Assembly (NCBI GenBank): GCA_003245835.1
Contig: QKCC01000072.1
Coordinates: 9,982 to 73,981 of the forward strand
DNA: 64,000 bases
Source of the DNA: Spirochaetales bacterium
GTDB taxonomy: Bacteria > Spirochaetota > Spirochaetia > UBA9216
Reading direction: 5' to 3'
Below, piece by piece: positions 9,338-19,234 of this stretch. Under the pieces are notes generated by a model, which ran no database searches, was not told the origin of the DNA, and saw only the letters and a list, made by a program, of their open reading frames with translations. Position 1 is the first letter of the stretch; each line of letters opens with the position of its first letter. Position numbers and translations under genes: made by a program.

Positions 9338-11696
9338 AAATCAGTACGGGCTTATTCTTACCTTTAACCCTGATATTGTCAAGCTCACGAACAACAACTT
9401 TGTCCTTAACGAGCCCGTAGGTATTTTCACTTATTATAATATTGGTCCTATACTGTTTGTTCGTTCCCTCAAGCCTGGCTCCGAGGTTAACATTGTCTCC
9501 GATAAGCGTATAGTCCATTCTCTGTGTTGAACCCATGTTACCGACTGTCATAATACCGGAATTGATACCTATACCGATATCTATCTGCTTTTCGGGCGGG
9601 AGGGTTTTATTCAGTTCTTTTAGGGCCTGCAGCTGCTTTACGGCTGCAGAACATGCCCTGAGAGCATGATCTTCCTGCGGGAGGGGTGCTCCCCAGAAAC
9701 ACATGATTGCATCGCCCTCGTACTTATCAAGCGTCCCTTCGTGCTCAAGGATTATATCGGTCATGGCTGTAAGGTACTGGTTAAGAAGCTGAACAAGCTC
9801 CTGCGGCGGCATAGATTCCGATAATGTGGTAAATCCCCTGATATCCGAGAAGAACACCGAAAGGTTTTTGTCAACGCCTCCGAGTTCCGGAGGATTATCA
9901 ATTATCTGTTCGACAACCTTGGGGCTCAGATACGTACCGAACATCCCCTTAATTCTGCGCTTGTCGCGCTCTTCTGTCATGGCCCGGTATGCAATAACCA
10001 GAAGGAACATCAGTATTATTGCAATAGCGGGCTCGAAAAATGAAATTACGTAGTTGTAATTATCGAAAATATAGCTTGAACCGATAAAAATCAGCAGCAT
10101 TAGCACGAGCGAAACAAAAAGAGACGGTACGGTTGAAAAGCGTGATGAGATAAAGGCAGTAAGAAAAACGAAAAAGGCTAGTATTAGTAAATCCATCCAG
10201 AATGGAGCCGTAACAAGAAAGTTATTCATCAATATCGTATTAAGCGCATTGGCATGGACCTCAACTCCGAACATAAGCCCGTAAGGAGTCGGTTTCTGGT
10301 CGGCGGCCATCCCCTGTGTGAAAGCTCCGACCATTACAATCTTGTTGCCGAGCGCCTTCGTCGGCGGCCACCTGCTGTCTTTGCCTGGAGGATTAAGTGT
10401 ATAGCCTGAGAACGATCTTACGGGGTATGTCTGTTTTTCGCCTGTTGCGGCAAAAGAAGGATATCCCATGAAATTTATCAGCATCTTGCATTCATCATCT
10501 ATCGGAATACGGATTTCATCCACTGTATGCCGTTTTTCAGCCTCGATAATATTGCCGTTCTCGTCTGCCTTGGCCGGTGAGTCAACTATATAATAATCTT
10601 CCCATGTATCAGTTTCTATGTTGTATCTTTGCGGAGACGGGATCAGTATGTACTCCCCTATCACGATTTCAAGATCTGACAGGCTTTTATTCAGATAACT
10701 GCATGCAAGCGACAGCGTTATGGAAGGAACCATGCTGTCTTTATATTTTTCGACTATATAAAAAGATTCATCAGGTTCTCCGTCGTTATTGGTATCTGCA
10801 GTTTTCAGCGGAGCGTCTTTCTCCATACTCGATTTGAGCTTTGAAATTTCATCATCCGTAAGAGGATATTCGATATTATGTTTGATTCCTGACCTGTCAG
10901 TCCAGACAAGCCTTTCGAAATTGGTTTCGTCGACCGGGTATCCGGTAGTAAGTTCCTCAAGATTTATCGTATCGAGCAGCTGGCTGACTTTGCCTATAAG
11001 CGGCTGTCTCCGGTAGATATCGTCATGGTCTTCCTTGAAATTCGCATGCCCGTAACCGGCTGCTGCTTTAGCATAGGGGGCAAGAGGCGGCTGAATCCCG
11101 TAAAAAGCAGGAAGGGTTTTCCAGTCTCCGGAGACTTTACTGAACGGGACTTCTCCGAATCCATCATACAGAAGCTGCTGTCGTTGATAGTATTCATCAT
11201 AACTTGCAGAGGGAGGCGGAAATTCGTCAAGAAACGTCTCGGTAAATACCCTGCCGTTTTCTTTAAAGGCGTCTACGAGGATTCCGTCGTAAGTCGGGTT
11301 ATCGATTGAATCTCCGAACAGAAGGTCAAGAAAGATGGAATTTTCACGTTCATTCTGGTTCTGTATTCTTGCAAGAGAATTGAGAAAATCTGCGTAACGC
11401 CATCTTGGAAAAGGAAATCTGCCGAGTCTTTCCAGAGATTTAAGATCTATTCCAACAATTAAAATATCTGGTGAAATATTCGGATCGAATTCCTCTACAC
11501 TGACCCCTACCTGAAGGTCCTTATCGTCTCTTTGCGTTCTGTATTTGAAAAAAGTATCCAGCATTCCGTCATCAAGACGATCAAAGATTACGGTAAAATT
11601 TGATATAAGATAAAAAACCAGAAGTATAAGTGCAGCCAACACAAAACAGAAGTTTTTTGTTTCAAAAAGCTTTTTACGATTTTTTTTTCTGCTCAT
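9315..11696 (-). CDS. CHASE2 sensor-domain class III adenylate/guanylate cyclase
   Basis: It has an N-terminal TM segment, a large extracytoplasmic domain, and a cluster of three TM helices. The C-terminal class III cyclase core carries FFSDIRGFTTLSE, YEGDAIMCFWGAP and LIGDNVNLGARLEG. Confidence 0.88.
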   Translation of the reverse strand: MSRKKNRKKLFETKNFCFVLAALILLVFYLISNFTVIFDRLDDGMLDTFFKYRTQRDDKDLQVGVSVEEFDPNISPDILIVGIDLKSLERLGRFPFPRWRYADFLNSLARIQNQNERENSIFLDLLFGDSIDNPTYDGILVDAFKENGRVFTETFLDEFPPPSASYDEYYQRQQLLYDGFGEVPFSKVSGDWKTLPAFYGIQPPLAPYAKAAAGYGHANFKEDHDDIYRRQPLIGKVSQLLDTINLEELTTGYPVDETNFERLVWTDRSGIKHNIEYPLTDDEISKLKSSMEKDAPLKTADTNNDGEPDESFYIVEKYKDSMVPSITLSLACSYLNKSLSDLEIVIGEYILIPSPQRYNIETDTWEDYYIVDSPAKADENGNIIEAEKRHTVDEIRIPIDDECKMLINFMGYPSFAATGEKQTYPVRSFSGYTLNPPGKDSRWPPTKALGNKIVMVGAFTQGMAADQKPTPYGLMFGVEVHANALNTILMNNFLVTAPFWMDLLILAFFVFLTAFISSRFSTVPSLFVSLVLMLLIFIGSSYIFDNYNYVISFFEPAIAIILMFLLVIAYRAMTEERDKRRIKGMFGTYLSPKVVEQIIDNPPELGGVDKNLSVFFSDIRGFTTLSESMPPQELVQLLNQYLTAMTDIILEHEGTLDKYEGDAIMCFWGAPLPQEDHALRACSAAVKQLQALKELNKTLPPEKQIDIGIGINSGIMTVGNMGSTQRMDYTLIGDNVNLGARLEGTNKQYRTNIIISENTYGLVKDKVVVRELDNIRVKGKNKPVLIYELIDIV

Positions 11697-11795
11697 TTAA
11701 AATTCTCCCGTTTAATTATTACCTAAAACAAGTGAAAATAAAAGGGTTTTTTTTGATATGGCGGAAGTTTCATCCTTATAAATGCAAAGATTATG

Positions 11796-11850
11796 AAAAA
11801 TAAAGCGGGAGTTTACTAATCTACTGTTAAGTAAATCAGCAGCCTCCCGC
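11796..11850 (-). terminator. Putative rho-independent terminator after the TPR anchor protein gene
   Basis: On the minus strand, a GCGGGAG...CTCCCGC outer stem encloses an inner TTTACT/AGTAAA stem. It is followed by TTTATTTTT. The hairpin has a bulge and a long loop, so confidence is only moderate. Confidence 0.45.
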
Positions 11851-11878
11851 GGTTATGCAGGTGATGGATTATAGAAAC

Positions 11879-12571
11879 TTAATCGAGCTGAATGATTCTG
11901 GTCCTCGCAAATGATGACCACTGGTTGCCGGGATAACTGTCAATAAGGTTATTGTAAGCCTCGATTGCTGCATCCTTATTTCCGAGCTGATCATTAAGAC
12001 GACCAATAGATAGCATTGCCCTCGGAATATCCGGAAAAACCTTATCATAGGCTGCATATACCTTAATGTAGGTATCAAGAGCTTCCTGGTACATTCCCGC
12101 GTTTTCATATGAGGCCCCTGTCAGCATGAGAGAAATCGGTGCCAGGTAACTTTCGGTATTCTGAGCGGCAGCACTGTTAAAGTAGCCTGCAGCTTCTGCC
12201 CAGTTTTCTTTCATAAAACTCATATTGCCTTTGAGGTAGAATGCTCTCTGGGACGCATACGAAGCCGGATAATCACTGATAACAGAATCAAGCCCTTCAG
12301 TAACAACGGTTTCTTTTGCAGCCTTATCGGCATCATCATCGGCCAGCTGAGACCATTCATCAAAAAGGCTCTGGACCTCTTCGATTGCTACTGCAGCCTT
12401 ATTGGCGTTTTTTTCTTTAATTGAATCGATTACAGCAATAGCTATAATTACGGCAAACACAGCTGCAAGAATTATCAGAAGGATAGTTTTATTCTGTTCG
12501 AGAAAAGATGAAAGATGCGACAGGAATTTCTGTTTGCCTGTAAGTTCTTTACGATTGTTTGTCATATTCAC
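11879..12571 (-). CDS. Membrane-anchored TPR protein (YfgM-like architecture)
   Basis: It has a short N-terminal tail, a single TM segment (TILLIILAAVFAVIIAIAVI) and a TPR-like C-terminal domain. It lies 14 nt downstream of the sigma-54 activator gene. Confidence 0.7.
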   Translation of the reverse strand: MNMTNNRKELTGKQKFLSHLSSFLEQNKTILLIILAAVFAVIIAIAVIDSIKEKNANKAAVAIEEVQSLFDEWSQLADDDADKAAKETVVTEGLDSVISDYPASYASQRAFYLKGNMSFMKENWAEAAGYFNSAAAQNTESYLAPISLMLTGASYENAGMYQEALDTYIKVYAAYDKVFPDIPRAMLSIGRLNDQLGNKDAAIEAYNNLIDSYPGNQWSSFARTRIIQLD

Positions 12572-12585
12572 AAGACTCCTTTAGT

Positions 12586-14097
12586 TCAGTTTTTAATATC
12601 AAGCTCTTTAATAAGCCTGGATAAATATGTTCGCTGGATTCCGAGTTTTGTCGATGTCTCGGTCTGGTTCCAGCTGTTCTGGTCAAGCGCTTTACGTATA
12701 AAATGCTTCTTAAAGGTATTGATTGCATCTTTAAGATTTTTGCTGTCGTATTCGTTGCTCTCGTTCAGATTGTTTACCAGAAGCAGGTGCTGCGGTCTGA
12801 TAAACTCATCATCGCAGATAACTGCGGATCTTTCAATAACATTCTCGAGTTCCCGCACATTTCCGGGCCAGGTATAGCTCATAAGGGCTTCAAGGGCTTC
12901 GTTCGAGAATCCGTTGATGGTTCTGGTAAGCTCCCTGTTGAACTTTTTAAGAAAAAAATCTGCAAGAACGGGAATATCTTCAATTCGTTCACGCAGCGGC
13001 GGAATAAAGAACGGCAGCACATTCAGGCGGTAATAAAGGTCCTTACGGAACTTTCCATCCTCAATAGCCTGTTCAATGTCCTTGTTGGTCGCGGCGAGTA
13101 TTCTGACATTCACCTTCGTAGGTTCGCTTGCCCCGACTTTTTCGAATACCATATGCTGAAGCACACGCAGAAGCTTGCTCTGAAGATTATACGGCATGTC
13201 TCCGATTTCATCGAGGAAAATAGTCCCCCCGTTTGCAAGTTCAAAGCGGCCCCTGCGGTCCGAGGTCGCGTCTGTGAACGCGCCCTTTACGTGACCGAAG
13301 AGCTCGCTCTCAAGCAGATGTTCAGGGAGTGCTGCGCAGTTAACCCTTATAAACGGTCCGTCAGCCCGTTTGCTTTTCAGATGGATCTGTTCAGCGAAAA
13401 GTTCCTTTCCGACACCGCTTTCACCGAGAATCAGTACAGACGAATCAGTCGCGGCAATCTTGTCTACAAGTTTCAGCTTCTCATCGATTAATCTGCTTCC
13501 GCTGACAAACGGATGGTAGCCCCTGTCTTCATTTATTTTATCTTTGAGCAGAAAGAGCTCGTTTCGAAGCTGCTGGTAGGATTTTGCATTCTGAATGGCA
13601 AGCGCTGCCTGGACTGCGAACCGCTCGAGCCAGAGAAGATCATCATTTGTGAAATTCTGCTTGTCCAGGCGGTTTATAATCTCTATGACACCCACACAGC
13701 GGTCCTTGATGCGCATCGGTGCAGCAAGGATTGAATTAGTGGCATACCCGGTTTTTGAATCAATTCTTTTAAGGTGCCGGCCGTCCTTGTCGACGTCATT
13801 GACAATAAGACCGGTATTATGCTTGGCAACCCACCCGGCAATCCCCTCACCCATTTTCAGTGAAAACTTCTGAACGTCCGGACCTTTCGGTCCGAGCGAT
13901 ATCTCGAAGTACAGCCTGTTGGTTTCGTGATTCACCAGTAAAAGAGAAGAAGACTCACCATGGGTGAGTCTTGATGCTGATTCAAGAATATGAGTGAGGA
14001 GCGCCTTGTCATCCGTATAATTTGAGTTAATAAGAGTATTAATCTCAATCAGGGTTTGAAGACGCTCAACATCAATAGCAGATGATGCCTGCTGCAT
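12586..14097 (-). CDS. Sigma-54-dependent transcriptional activator (GAF - AAA+ - Fis-type HTH)
   Basis: It has an N-terminal GAF-like domain, Walker A GESGVGKE, the GAFTDA loop (GAFTGA variant), ESELFGH, and a C-terminal HTH ([21 protein letters not shown]). There is no receiver domain. Confidence 0.9.
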   Translation of the reverse strand: MQQASSAIDVERLQTLIEINTLINSNYTDDKALLTHILESASRLTHGESSSLLLVNHETNRLYFEISLGPKGPDVQKFSLKMGEGIAGWVAKHNTGLIVNDVDKDGRHLKRIDSKTGYATNSILAAPMRIKDRCVGVIEIINRLDKQNFTNDDLLWLERFAVQAALAIQNAKSYQQLRNELFLLKDKINEDRGYHPFVSGSRLIDEKLKLVDKIAATDSSVLILGESGVGKELFAEQIHLKSKRADGPFIRVNCAALPEHLLESELFGHVKGAFTDATSDRRGRFELANGGTIFLDEIGDMPYNLQSKLLRVLQHMVFEKVGASEPTKVNVRILAATNKDIEQAIEDGKFRKDLYYRLNVLPFFIPPLRERIEDIPVLADFFLKKFNRELTRTINGFSNEALEALMSYTWPGNVRELENVIERSAVICDDEFIRPQHLLLVNNLNESNEYDSKNLKDAINTFKKHFIRKALDQNSWNQTETSTKLGIQRTYLSRLIKELDIKN

Positions 14098-14119
14098 GGG
14101 AAACTCCGTCCCGCGAGGA

Positions 14120-15841
14120 CTATACGTCGTCGTCCAGATTTATTTTGTCTTTAAGCATATCGCCTAAAGTGAAGTTTCCTTCCTCTTCGCTGTCATGTAT
14201 GTACTTGGACAGCTCCTGACGCTGCAGGCTCTTCTGGTATTCTCTTATTGAAAGTGAAAGCCTCTGTGCATCAGCTTTGATTTCAGTTACGAGACATTTA
14301 ACCTTGTCGCCGACATTGAATTTTTTAAGAAGTTCATCTTCATCGGATCTCTCCGGGCCGGGTTCTGCAAGGTTGAACTTGTTGATAAGGCCTTCTATTC
14401 CGCCAGGAACCCTGACGAAGATACCGAAATCAGTAATGTTGGTTACTTCGCCGTCGACGACGCTTCCCCTTGGATAGGCCTTTTTAAGGGCATCCCACGG
14501 GTCTTCTGAAAGCTGCTTAACACCGAGCCTTACACGTTTTGTGTCTGGTTCAATTGCGATAACGACGGCCTCAATTTCTTCGCCTTCTTTAAGAACGGAA
14601 GAAGCATTCTTGATTTTTCTGGTCCATGAGTAATCATCAATATGCAGAAAAGCGTCAATTCCTTCTTCAAGTTCAATGAAAGCGCCTGAATTGGTGACCT
14701 TCTTGATAACCTTTTTCAGCGTCATGCCGACCGGGTATTTCTCATCAAGGTTTTCCCACGGGTTCGGAAGAACCTGTTTGAGTCCGAGTGAAATCCGGCC
14801 TTCGTCAAGATTGAAAGCGAGTATTTTAACTTCAACCTCGTCACCGATCGAAAGCACTTCCTTCGGATGATTTACTCTTTTTGTCCATGAAAGTTCGGAA
14901 ATGTGGGCAAGACCCTCGATTCCCTCTTCAATTTCAATGAAAGCACCGAAATCAGTGAGTTTGGTTACATGTCCCTTAACGACATCGTCAATATGGTACC
15001 TGTTTTCAAATGTGTTCCAGGGATTCTGGGTAAAATGCTTAAGTGAAAGATTGATCTTCTTTTCTTCCGGATCGATCTTTATTACCTTGAGCTTGATTTC
15101 CTGTCCTTTTTTAACATAGTCTTTCGGCTTTGTTACATGTCCCCAGCTCATATCATTGATATGCAGAAGACCGTCAAAACCGCCGAGGTCGATAAAAGCG
15201 CCGAAAGAAGTGAAGCTTTTTACGGTACCTTCAACGTTATCGCCGATTTCAGTTTTTTCGAAAAAATTCTTCTTTGCTTCTTCAGCGGCAGTCTCAAGAT
15301 ACTGTCTTCTCGAAACAACTATTCTAGCCTTGGCTGAGGTGCTGAACTTATCAATAATAAACTTGGACTTAAGATTCAGATATTCTTCAGGGGTTTCCAC
15401 CCTTGTAACATCAATCTTTGAAATCGGATTGAAGGCTTTAACATCAAAACCCAGATCAACCTCGAAGCCCCCCTTGATAACCTTGCATACTGTACCGTCG
15501 ACCGGTGTCTTCTGCTCGGAAGCTTCCTTTAAGTTTTTCCAGAATACCCTTGAATCCGCTTTCTTCTTAGAGACGACGACTGCACCGCCTCTACCTTCCT
15601 TCTTAATCAGTATTACACTGACTTTGTCCCCTATCTGCGGGGGAGTATCAAACTCATCAAGGGAGATTTTACCTTCAGATTTGTAGCCTACATCTATAAA
15701 AACCTGCTCAGGGGTAATTTCAATTATATCACCCTCTATGAGCGCGCCCTCTTCTATGTCTTCAAAATTCTTCAGATATTCTTCCTGAAGGGCTAGATTG
15801 TTATTGTCGGCAGTAACATCTTTGTCTGTCATAATCGGCAA
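14120..15841 (-). CDS. rpsA: 30S ribosomal protein S1
   Basis: A 573-aa protein made of six repeated S1/OB domains, with recurring G.V...T.FGAF..L..G..GL.H.S motifs. It shows the classic cmk-rpsA adjacency. Confidence 0.93.
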   Translation of the reverse strand: MPIMTDKDVTADNNNLALQEEYLKNFEDIEEGALIEGDIIEITPEQVFIDVGYKSEGKISLDEFDTPPQIGDKVSVILIKKEGRGGAVVVSKKKADSRVFWKNLKEASEQKTPVDGTVCKVIKGGFEVDLGFDVKAFNPISKIDVTRVETPEEYLNLKSKFIIDKFSTSAKARIVVSRRQYLETAAEEAKKNFFEKTEIGDNVEGTVKSFTSFGAFIDLGGFDGLLHINDMSWGHVTKPKDYVKKGQEIKLKVIKIDPEEKKINLSLKHFTQNPWNTFENRYHIDDVVKGHVTKLTDFGAFIEIEEGIEGLAHISELSWTKRVNHPKEVLSIGDEVEVKILAFNLDEGRISLGLKQVLPNPWENLDEKYPVGMTLKKVIKKVTNSGAFIELEEGIDAFLHIDDYSWTRKIKNASSVLKEGEEIEAVVIAIEPDTKRVRLGVKQLSEDPWDALKKAYPRGSVVDGEVTNITDFGIFVRVPGGIEGLINKFNLAEPGPERSDEDELLKKFNVGDKVKCLVTEIKADAQRLSLSIREYQKSLQRQELSKYIHDSEEEGNFTLGDMLKDKINLDDDV

Positions 15842-15848
15842 CTATCTC

Positions 15849-16508
15849 CTAAAAACCTGTTTTTCGTTCACGAATTTTATCTAATACTTTCTCACAAACT
15901 TCATCTATGGTCAAGTCCGATGTATCCAAATAAATGGCATCATCAGCTAATTTCAGACTGCCCACCGGCTTATTCCTGTCGATTTCATCACGCATTCTGA
16001 TGCTCTCAAGCAGCTCATTATAGGACTGGGAGCTGGTCCCCTGATCAAACCGGCGGCGTGCCCTTACTTCTATGGACGCATCCATAAAAAATTTCAGCTC
16101 GGCGTCAGGAAAAACAACGGTGGTTATGTCACGGCCCTCGGCAACTATATCGAGGCTTTCGGCTGTTTTACGCAAAGCGGCCGTTACAATCTTCCTGATT
16201 TCAATTATTGCAGAATGCTGGGCGACCCATCCGTCGACCCTGTCGGAGTGCAGCCGGTCTTCGACATCGGCACCGCTCAGATGGACCCTTCCGCCGATGA
16301 TGCGGATGTCTATACCGCGGCTGTTTTCAATTATTGCAGCAGGATCTTCCGGATTTACTCCGTTTTCGAGGGCATTGAGGGTTACCGCACGGTAGAAATT
16401 ACCGGAATTAAGGTAAAAGAACCCGGTTTTTTCGGCTATAGCTGCGGCAATCGTACTTTTGCCTACACCCGCCGGACCGTCAAGCGCTATAATCATACTA
16501 TTTACCAC
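15849..16508 (-). CDS. cmk: Cytidylate kinase
   Basis: It has the P-loop IALDGPAGVGKST, a length of 219 aa, and sits immediately upstream of rpsA. Confidence 0.93.
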   Translation of the reverse strand: MVNSMIIALDGPAGVGKSTIAAAIAEKTGFFYLNSGNFYRAVTLNALENGVNPEDPAAIIENSRGIDIRIIGGRVHLSGADVEDRLHSDRVDGWVAQHSAIIEIRKIVTAALRKTAESLDIVAEGRDITTVVFPDAELKFFMDASIEVRARRRFDQGTSSQSYNELLESIRMRDEIDRNKPVGSLKLADDAIYLDTSDLTIDEVCEKVLDKIRERKTGF

Positions 16509-17244
16509 CGGATTTAAGAAGTTTTTTTACCTCGGTTTCAGTCAGGAACCTGTATTCTCCGCTTTTCAGTCCGCGTACCGAAATATTTCCAATGCTGGTT
16601 CGATGAAGTTTCTTGACTTTGAAACGCCGTGAAAGGAAAAGATTGCGGATTTCCCTGTTTTTACCTTCTTTTAGGGTGAGCGATACCTTTTTGATGGTCT
16701 TGATTTCGTAGGATTCAATCTTATAGCTGACTCCCTCGACCATGACGCCCTTTTTCCATTCTTCAAGCATTTCACGGGGTATGTCTTCGCGTGTTTCGAC
16801 GGTATAAGTCTTCAGTATGCCGGACGACGGATGTGAAATAGCCTTTGTAAAATCACCGTCATTTGTAAAGAAAACAAGGCCTGACGACATATAGTCCAGG
16901 CGTCCCACATTATAGATACGCCCCGGCCAGGCCTTCCTGACGAGTTCAATTGCTGTCGGACGTCCCTCAGGGTCGGAAGACGTGCAAAGATAGCGTACGG
17001 GCTTGTTAAGCGCTATATAGACCATTTTTTTGGCCGGGTATACAGGCCTGCGGTCAAAACAGACCTTCTGGTCCGTTATTTTAACGCCCTGCTGGAAAAC
17101 AATTTCTCCGTCCACGGTTACCCTGCCTTCGGAGATGTATTCCTCGCATTTACGCCTTGAGCCAATACCGGCCTTTGCCAGAAAAACCTGGAGCCTGAGC
17201 CCGGTTTCATCGGATTCGTTTTTTCTTTCAGCCATTGAGTTCAA
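16498..17244 (-). CDS. rluB: Pseudouridine synthase, RsuA/RluB family
   Basis: It has an N-terminal S4 domain (LQVFLAKAGIGSRRKCEEYISEGRVTVDG) and the catalytic GRLDYMSSGL motif. The scpA-scpB-rluB order is conserved. Confidence 0.85.
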   Translation of the reverse strand: MNSMAERKNESDETGLRLQVFLAKAGIGSRRKCEEYISEGRVTVDGEIVFQQGVKITDQKVCFDRRPVYPAKKMVYIALNKPVRYLCTSSDPEGRPTAIELVRKAWPGRIYNVGRLDYMSSGLVFFTNDGDFTKAISHPSSGILKTYTVETREDIPREMLEEWKKGVMVEGVSYKIESYEIKTIKKVSLTLKEGKNREIRNLFLSRRFKVKKLHRTSIGNISVRGLKSGEYRFLTETEVKKLLKSGGK

Positions 17245-17767
17245 ACCTCACCTGCTGGACGTCGTCGAGTTTGGGCAGATCGGAAATACTGCTGAGACCG
17301 AATACCTTCAGAAAATCGCGTGTTGTACCGTATTGCGAAGGTTTGCCCGGAACGTCCTTTTTACCGACAGTTTTTATAAGGGAACGATCCATGAGCATTC
17401 TGATCATGTTGTCGGCAGCAACTCCCCTGATATTTTCAATTTCAGCCTTGGTTATCGGCTGTGAATAGGCAATGATGGAAAGAGTTTCCATCGCCGCCCG
17501 GGACAGTCTCTTGTCGTTTTTCTGGCCGTAGCGCTCCTTGAGAAAGTCCCAAAGCCGCTGTTTCGGCGAGAGCGTATAACCGCCTGCGAACTGTATCAGT
17601 TCAAGACCGTTTCCGGGCTGCTGATATTTATTTTCGAGGACAGCAAGAGCCTGCTCGACGACTTCCTTCGGAAGGTCGGTTATTTTCACGAGCGTGTTTA
17701 TTTCGACCGGGTCGGATTCAAGGAAAAGCACTGCTTCAATAAGTTCGGATTCATTCGTCAATTCCAT
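17228..17767 (-). CDS. scpB: Segregation and condensation protein B
   Basis: A 179-aa protein with tandem winged-helix ScpB features (EA.LF....P......L, LS.AA.ETL.I.AY.QP.T..EI..IRGV). It overlaps both scpA and rluB. Confidence 0.9.
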   Translation of the reverse strand: MELTNESELIEAVLFLESDPVEINTLVKITDLPKEVVEQALAVLENKYQQPGNGLELIQFAGGYTLSPKQRLWDFLKERYGQKNDKRLSRAAMETLSIIAYSQPITKAEIENIRGVAADNMIRMLMDRSLIKTVGKKDVPGKPSQYGTTRDFLKVFGLSSISDLPKLDDVQQVRFELNG

Positions 17768-18551
17768 CGGTTACCTCCGCCTTTTCCGGCTCTTCTTCGC
17801 GCTGTCTGATAAGTATATCGCCGAAGAGTTTATTCTGAAGGATAAGAATGCGCTTCTGCTTTACGCTTTCAAGCACGGCAAGGAATGCGCAGACAATATC
17901 CATCATGGATTTGTCCCTGGTTATCAGATCCGAAAAATAAAATTCATGCTTCGTTTCGAATAATTCATACATCAGGGCTACCTTTTCATTGATGCTCACC
18001 TCTTCATACATGTCGATAACGCGTTCGCTCGACAGCGAGGTGATGATGCTTGAAAAGGTTTGAAATAGATCCCATATATCAATCTGTTCCCAGAGACTGT
18101 CATCCTCGGGAAACGGAAGCGTACGCTGTTTTTTGGTCCTTTCAATACGCCACTCGGATTCTTTTTCCTGTTCGGTCATAAGATCCGAGAGCTTTTTGAA
18201 TTTCTGGTATTCAATCAGACGGTCTACCAGCTCTTTGCGCGGATCTTCAAGCTCGTCGTATATATCGATCTCGACAGGAAGAAGCATTCTGCTTTTGATA
18301 TAGAGAAGCGTCGATGCCATCACATAGAATTCCGTCAGGTTATCGAGATTGACGGATACAGCGTATCCGAGGAATTCGATATACTGCTCTGTAATCTGGG
18401 CAATGGGGATATCGTATATATTTATTTCAGATTTTTTGATAAGGAACAGCAGAACGTCGAGGGGGCCCTCGAAATCATTTATTCTGAATTTATTCTGGTG
18501 TTCGCTCTCGGGTTTTTCCTCCATGGGATTCAATATAACTGACAGCATCAA
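17751..18551 (-). CDS. scpA: Segregation and condensation protein A (kleisin)
   Basis: The N-terminus carries the FEGPLDLLL.LI......I.D.PI..IT.QY motif (here FEGPLDVLLFLIKKSEINIYDIPIAQITEQY). Length is 266 aa, and it lies upstream of scpB. Confidence 0.9.
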   Translation of the reverse strand: MMLSVILNPMEEKPESEHQNKFRINDFEGPLDVLLFLIKKSEINIYDIPIAQITEQYIEFLGYAVSVNLDNLTEFYVMASTLLYIKSRMLLPVEIDIYDELEDPRKELVDRLIEYQKFKKLSDLMTEQEKESEWRIERTKKQRTLPFPEDDSLWEQIDIWDLFQTFSSIITSLSSERVIDMYEEVSINEKVALMYELFETKHEFYFSDLITRDKSMMDIVCAFLAVLESVKQKRILILQNKLFGDILIRQREEEPEKAEVTDGIDE

Positions 18552-18566
18552 AGGTGTAAATACCCT

Positions 18567-18601
18567 CAGGAATTATAATTATGGCTGCAATATAATTCCT
18601 G
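18567..18601 (-). promoter_or_regulatory. 11-bp stem-loop just upstream of the scpA ribosome-binding region
   Basis: CAGGAATTATA (18567-18577) pairs with TATAATTCCTG (18591-18601) around a 13-nt loop. It lies in the 122-nt folK-scpA spacer, has no T-tract after it, and ends 15 nt before the scpA ATG. Confidence 0.3.
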
Positions 18602-18673
18602 TCAAACTTGAGGTCATCAATATCATCAAAAAAAGAAGATTTATACGGCAATATTGCTGCCCGCTTTCAAAGG

Positions 18674-19234
18674 TCAGATATCGTATTTATAGATACCCTG
18701 CTGATCCAGCTTTTTTACGAAGTTGGAGAACGGCTCTCCGGTAACCGGGTCAGCCGCTTCAGGCTTCAGTTCGAGCATCGGAACAAGAGCGAATTTCCGC
18801 AGTTTAAGCCGTTCATGGGGAATCCTGAGCCAGCACCCTTCTCCGTCGACTTCTGCTCCCGCCTCAATGATCATGCTGCCGAACAGGAGAATGTCTATGT
18901 CGATGCTTCGGGGCCCGCGCCTGGTTTCCGCTGCGCGTTTCCGGCCCAAAGAATGTTCAATGATGCTTATTTTTTTTAGAAGGTCGAAGGCGCTGCCGCT
19001 GAAAAAACCGCGGCATGAGGCGTTGATGAAATCCGGCTGGGCCTTAACATCCTGCGGTTCAGTTACGTATAAGGATGAAAGTACCGCTTCCTGAAGAACA
19101 TCACCGGCAATCGCGGCAAATGCATCAAGAATATTACGGGCCGGATCGCCGACGTTGGCTCCCAGCCCGAGAATTACTTCGATTGCAGAAAAATCAGTAT
19201 CTGCCGGCTGTCGACCGGAGGCTGATTCCTGCAT
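18674..19234 (-). CDS. folK: 2-amino-4-hydroxy-6-hydroxymethyldihydropteridine diphosphokinase (HPPK)
   Basis: HPPK signatures are present: LGLGANVGD, R...RGPR.IDIDILLFG and IPHERL..R.F.L.P. Its ATG shares one base with the recA stop (TGATG). Confidence 0.88.
   Translation of the reverse strand: MQESASGRQPADTDFSAIEVILGLGANVGDPARNILDAFAAIAGDVLQEAVLSSLYVTEPQDVKAQPDFINASCRGFFSGSAFDLLKKISIIEHSLGRKRAAETRRGPRSIDIDILLFGSMIIEAGAEVDGEGCWLRIPHERLKLRKFALVPMLELKPEAADPVTGEPFSNFVKKLDQQGIYKYDI

Noticed and set aside
9315-11696. The possibility that the nucleotide cyclase is part of a Pycsar/CBASS-type anti-phage signalling system.
   Set aside because: It is a large CHASE2-sensor, multi-TM class III cyclase of the ordinary signal-transduction type. 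The neighbouring genes encode no cyclic-nucleotide-binding, TIR, nuclease, phospholipase or pore-forming effector domain that I can recognise.
12703-13491. A 262-aa ORF on the + strand, antisense to the sigma-54 activator. Similar long antisense ORFs occur at 15156-15686, 37049-37642, 37833-38456, 38582-39196, 51440-51973 and 61011-61493.
   Set aside because: Each lies entirely inside a strongly recognisable conserved gene on the opposite strand. Their translations are low-complexity or Ser/Leu/Arg-rich with no motifs. These are typical shadow ORFs.
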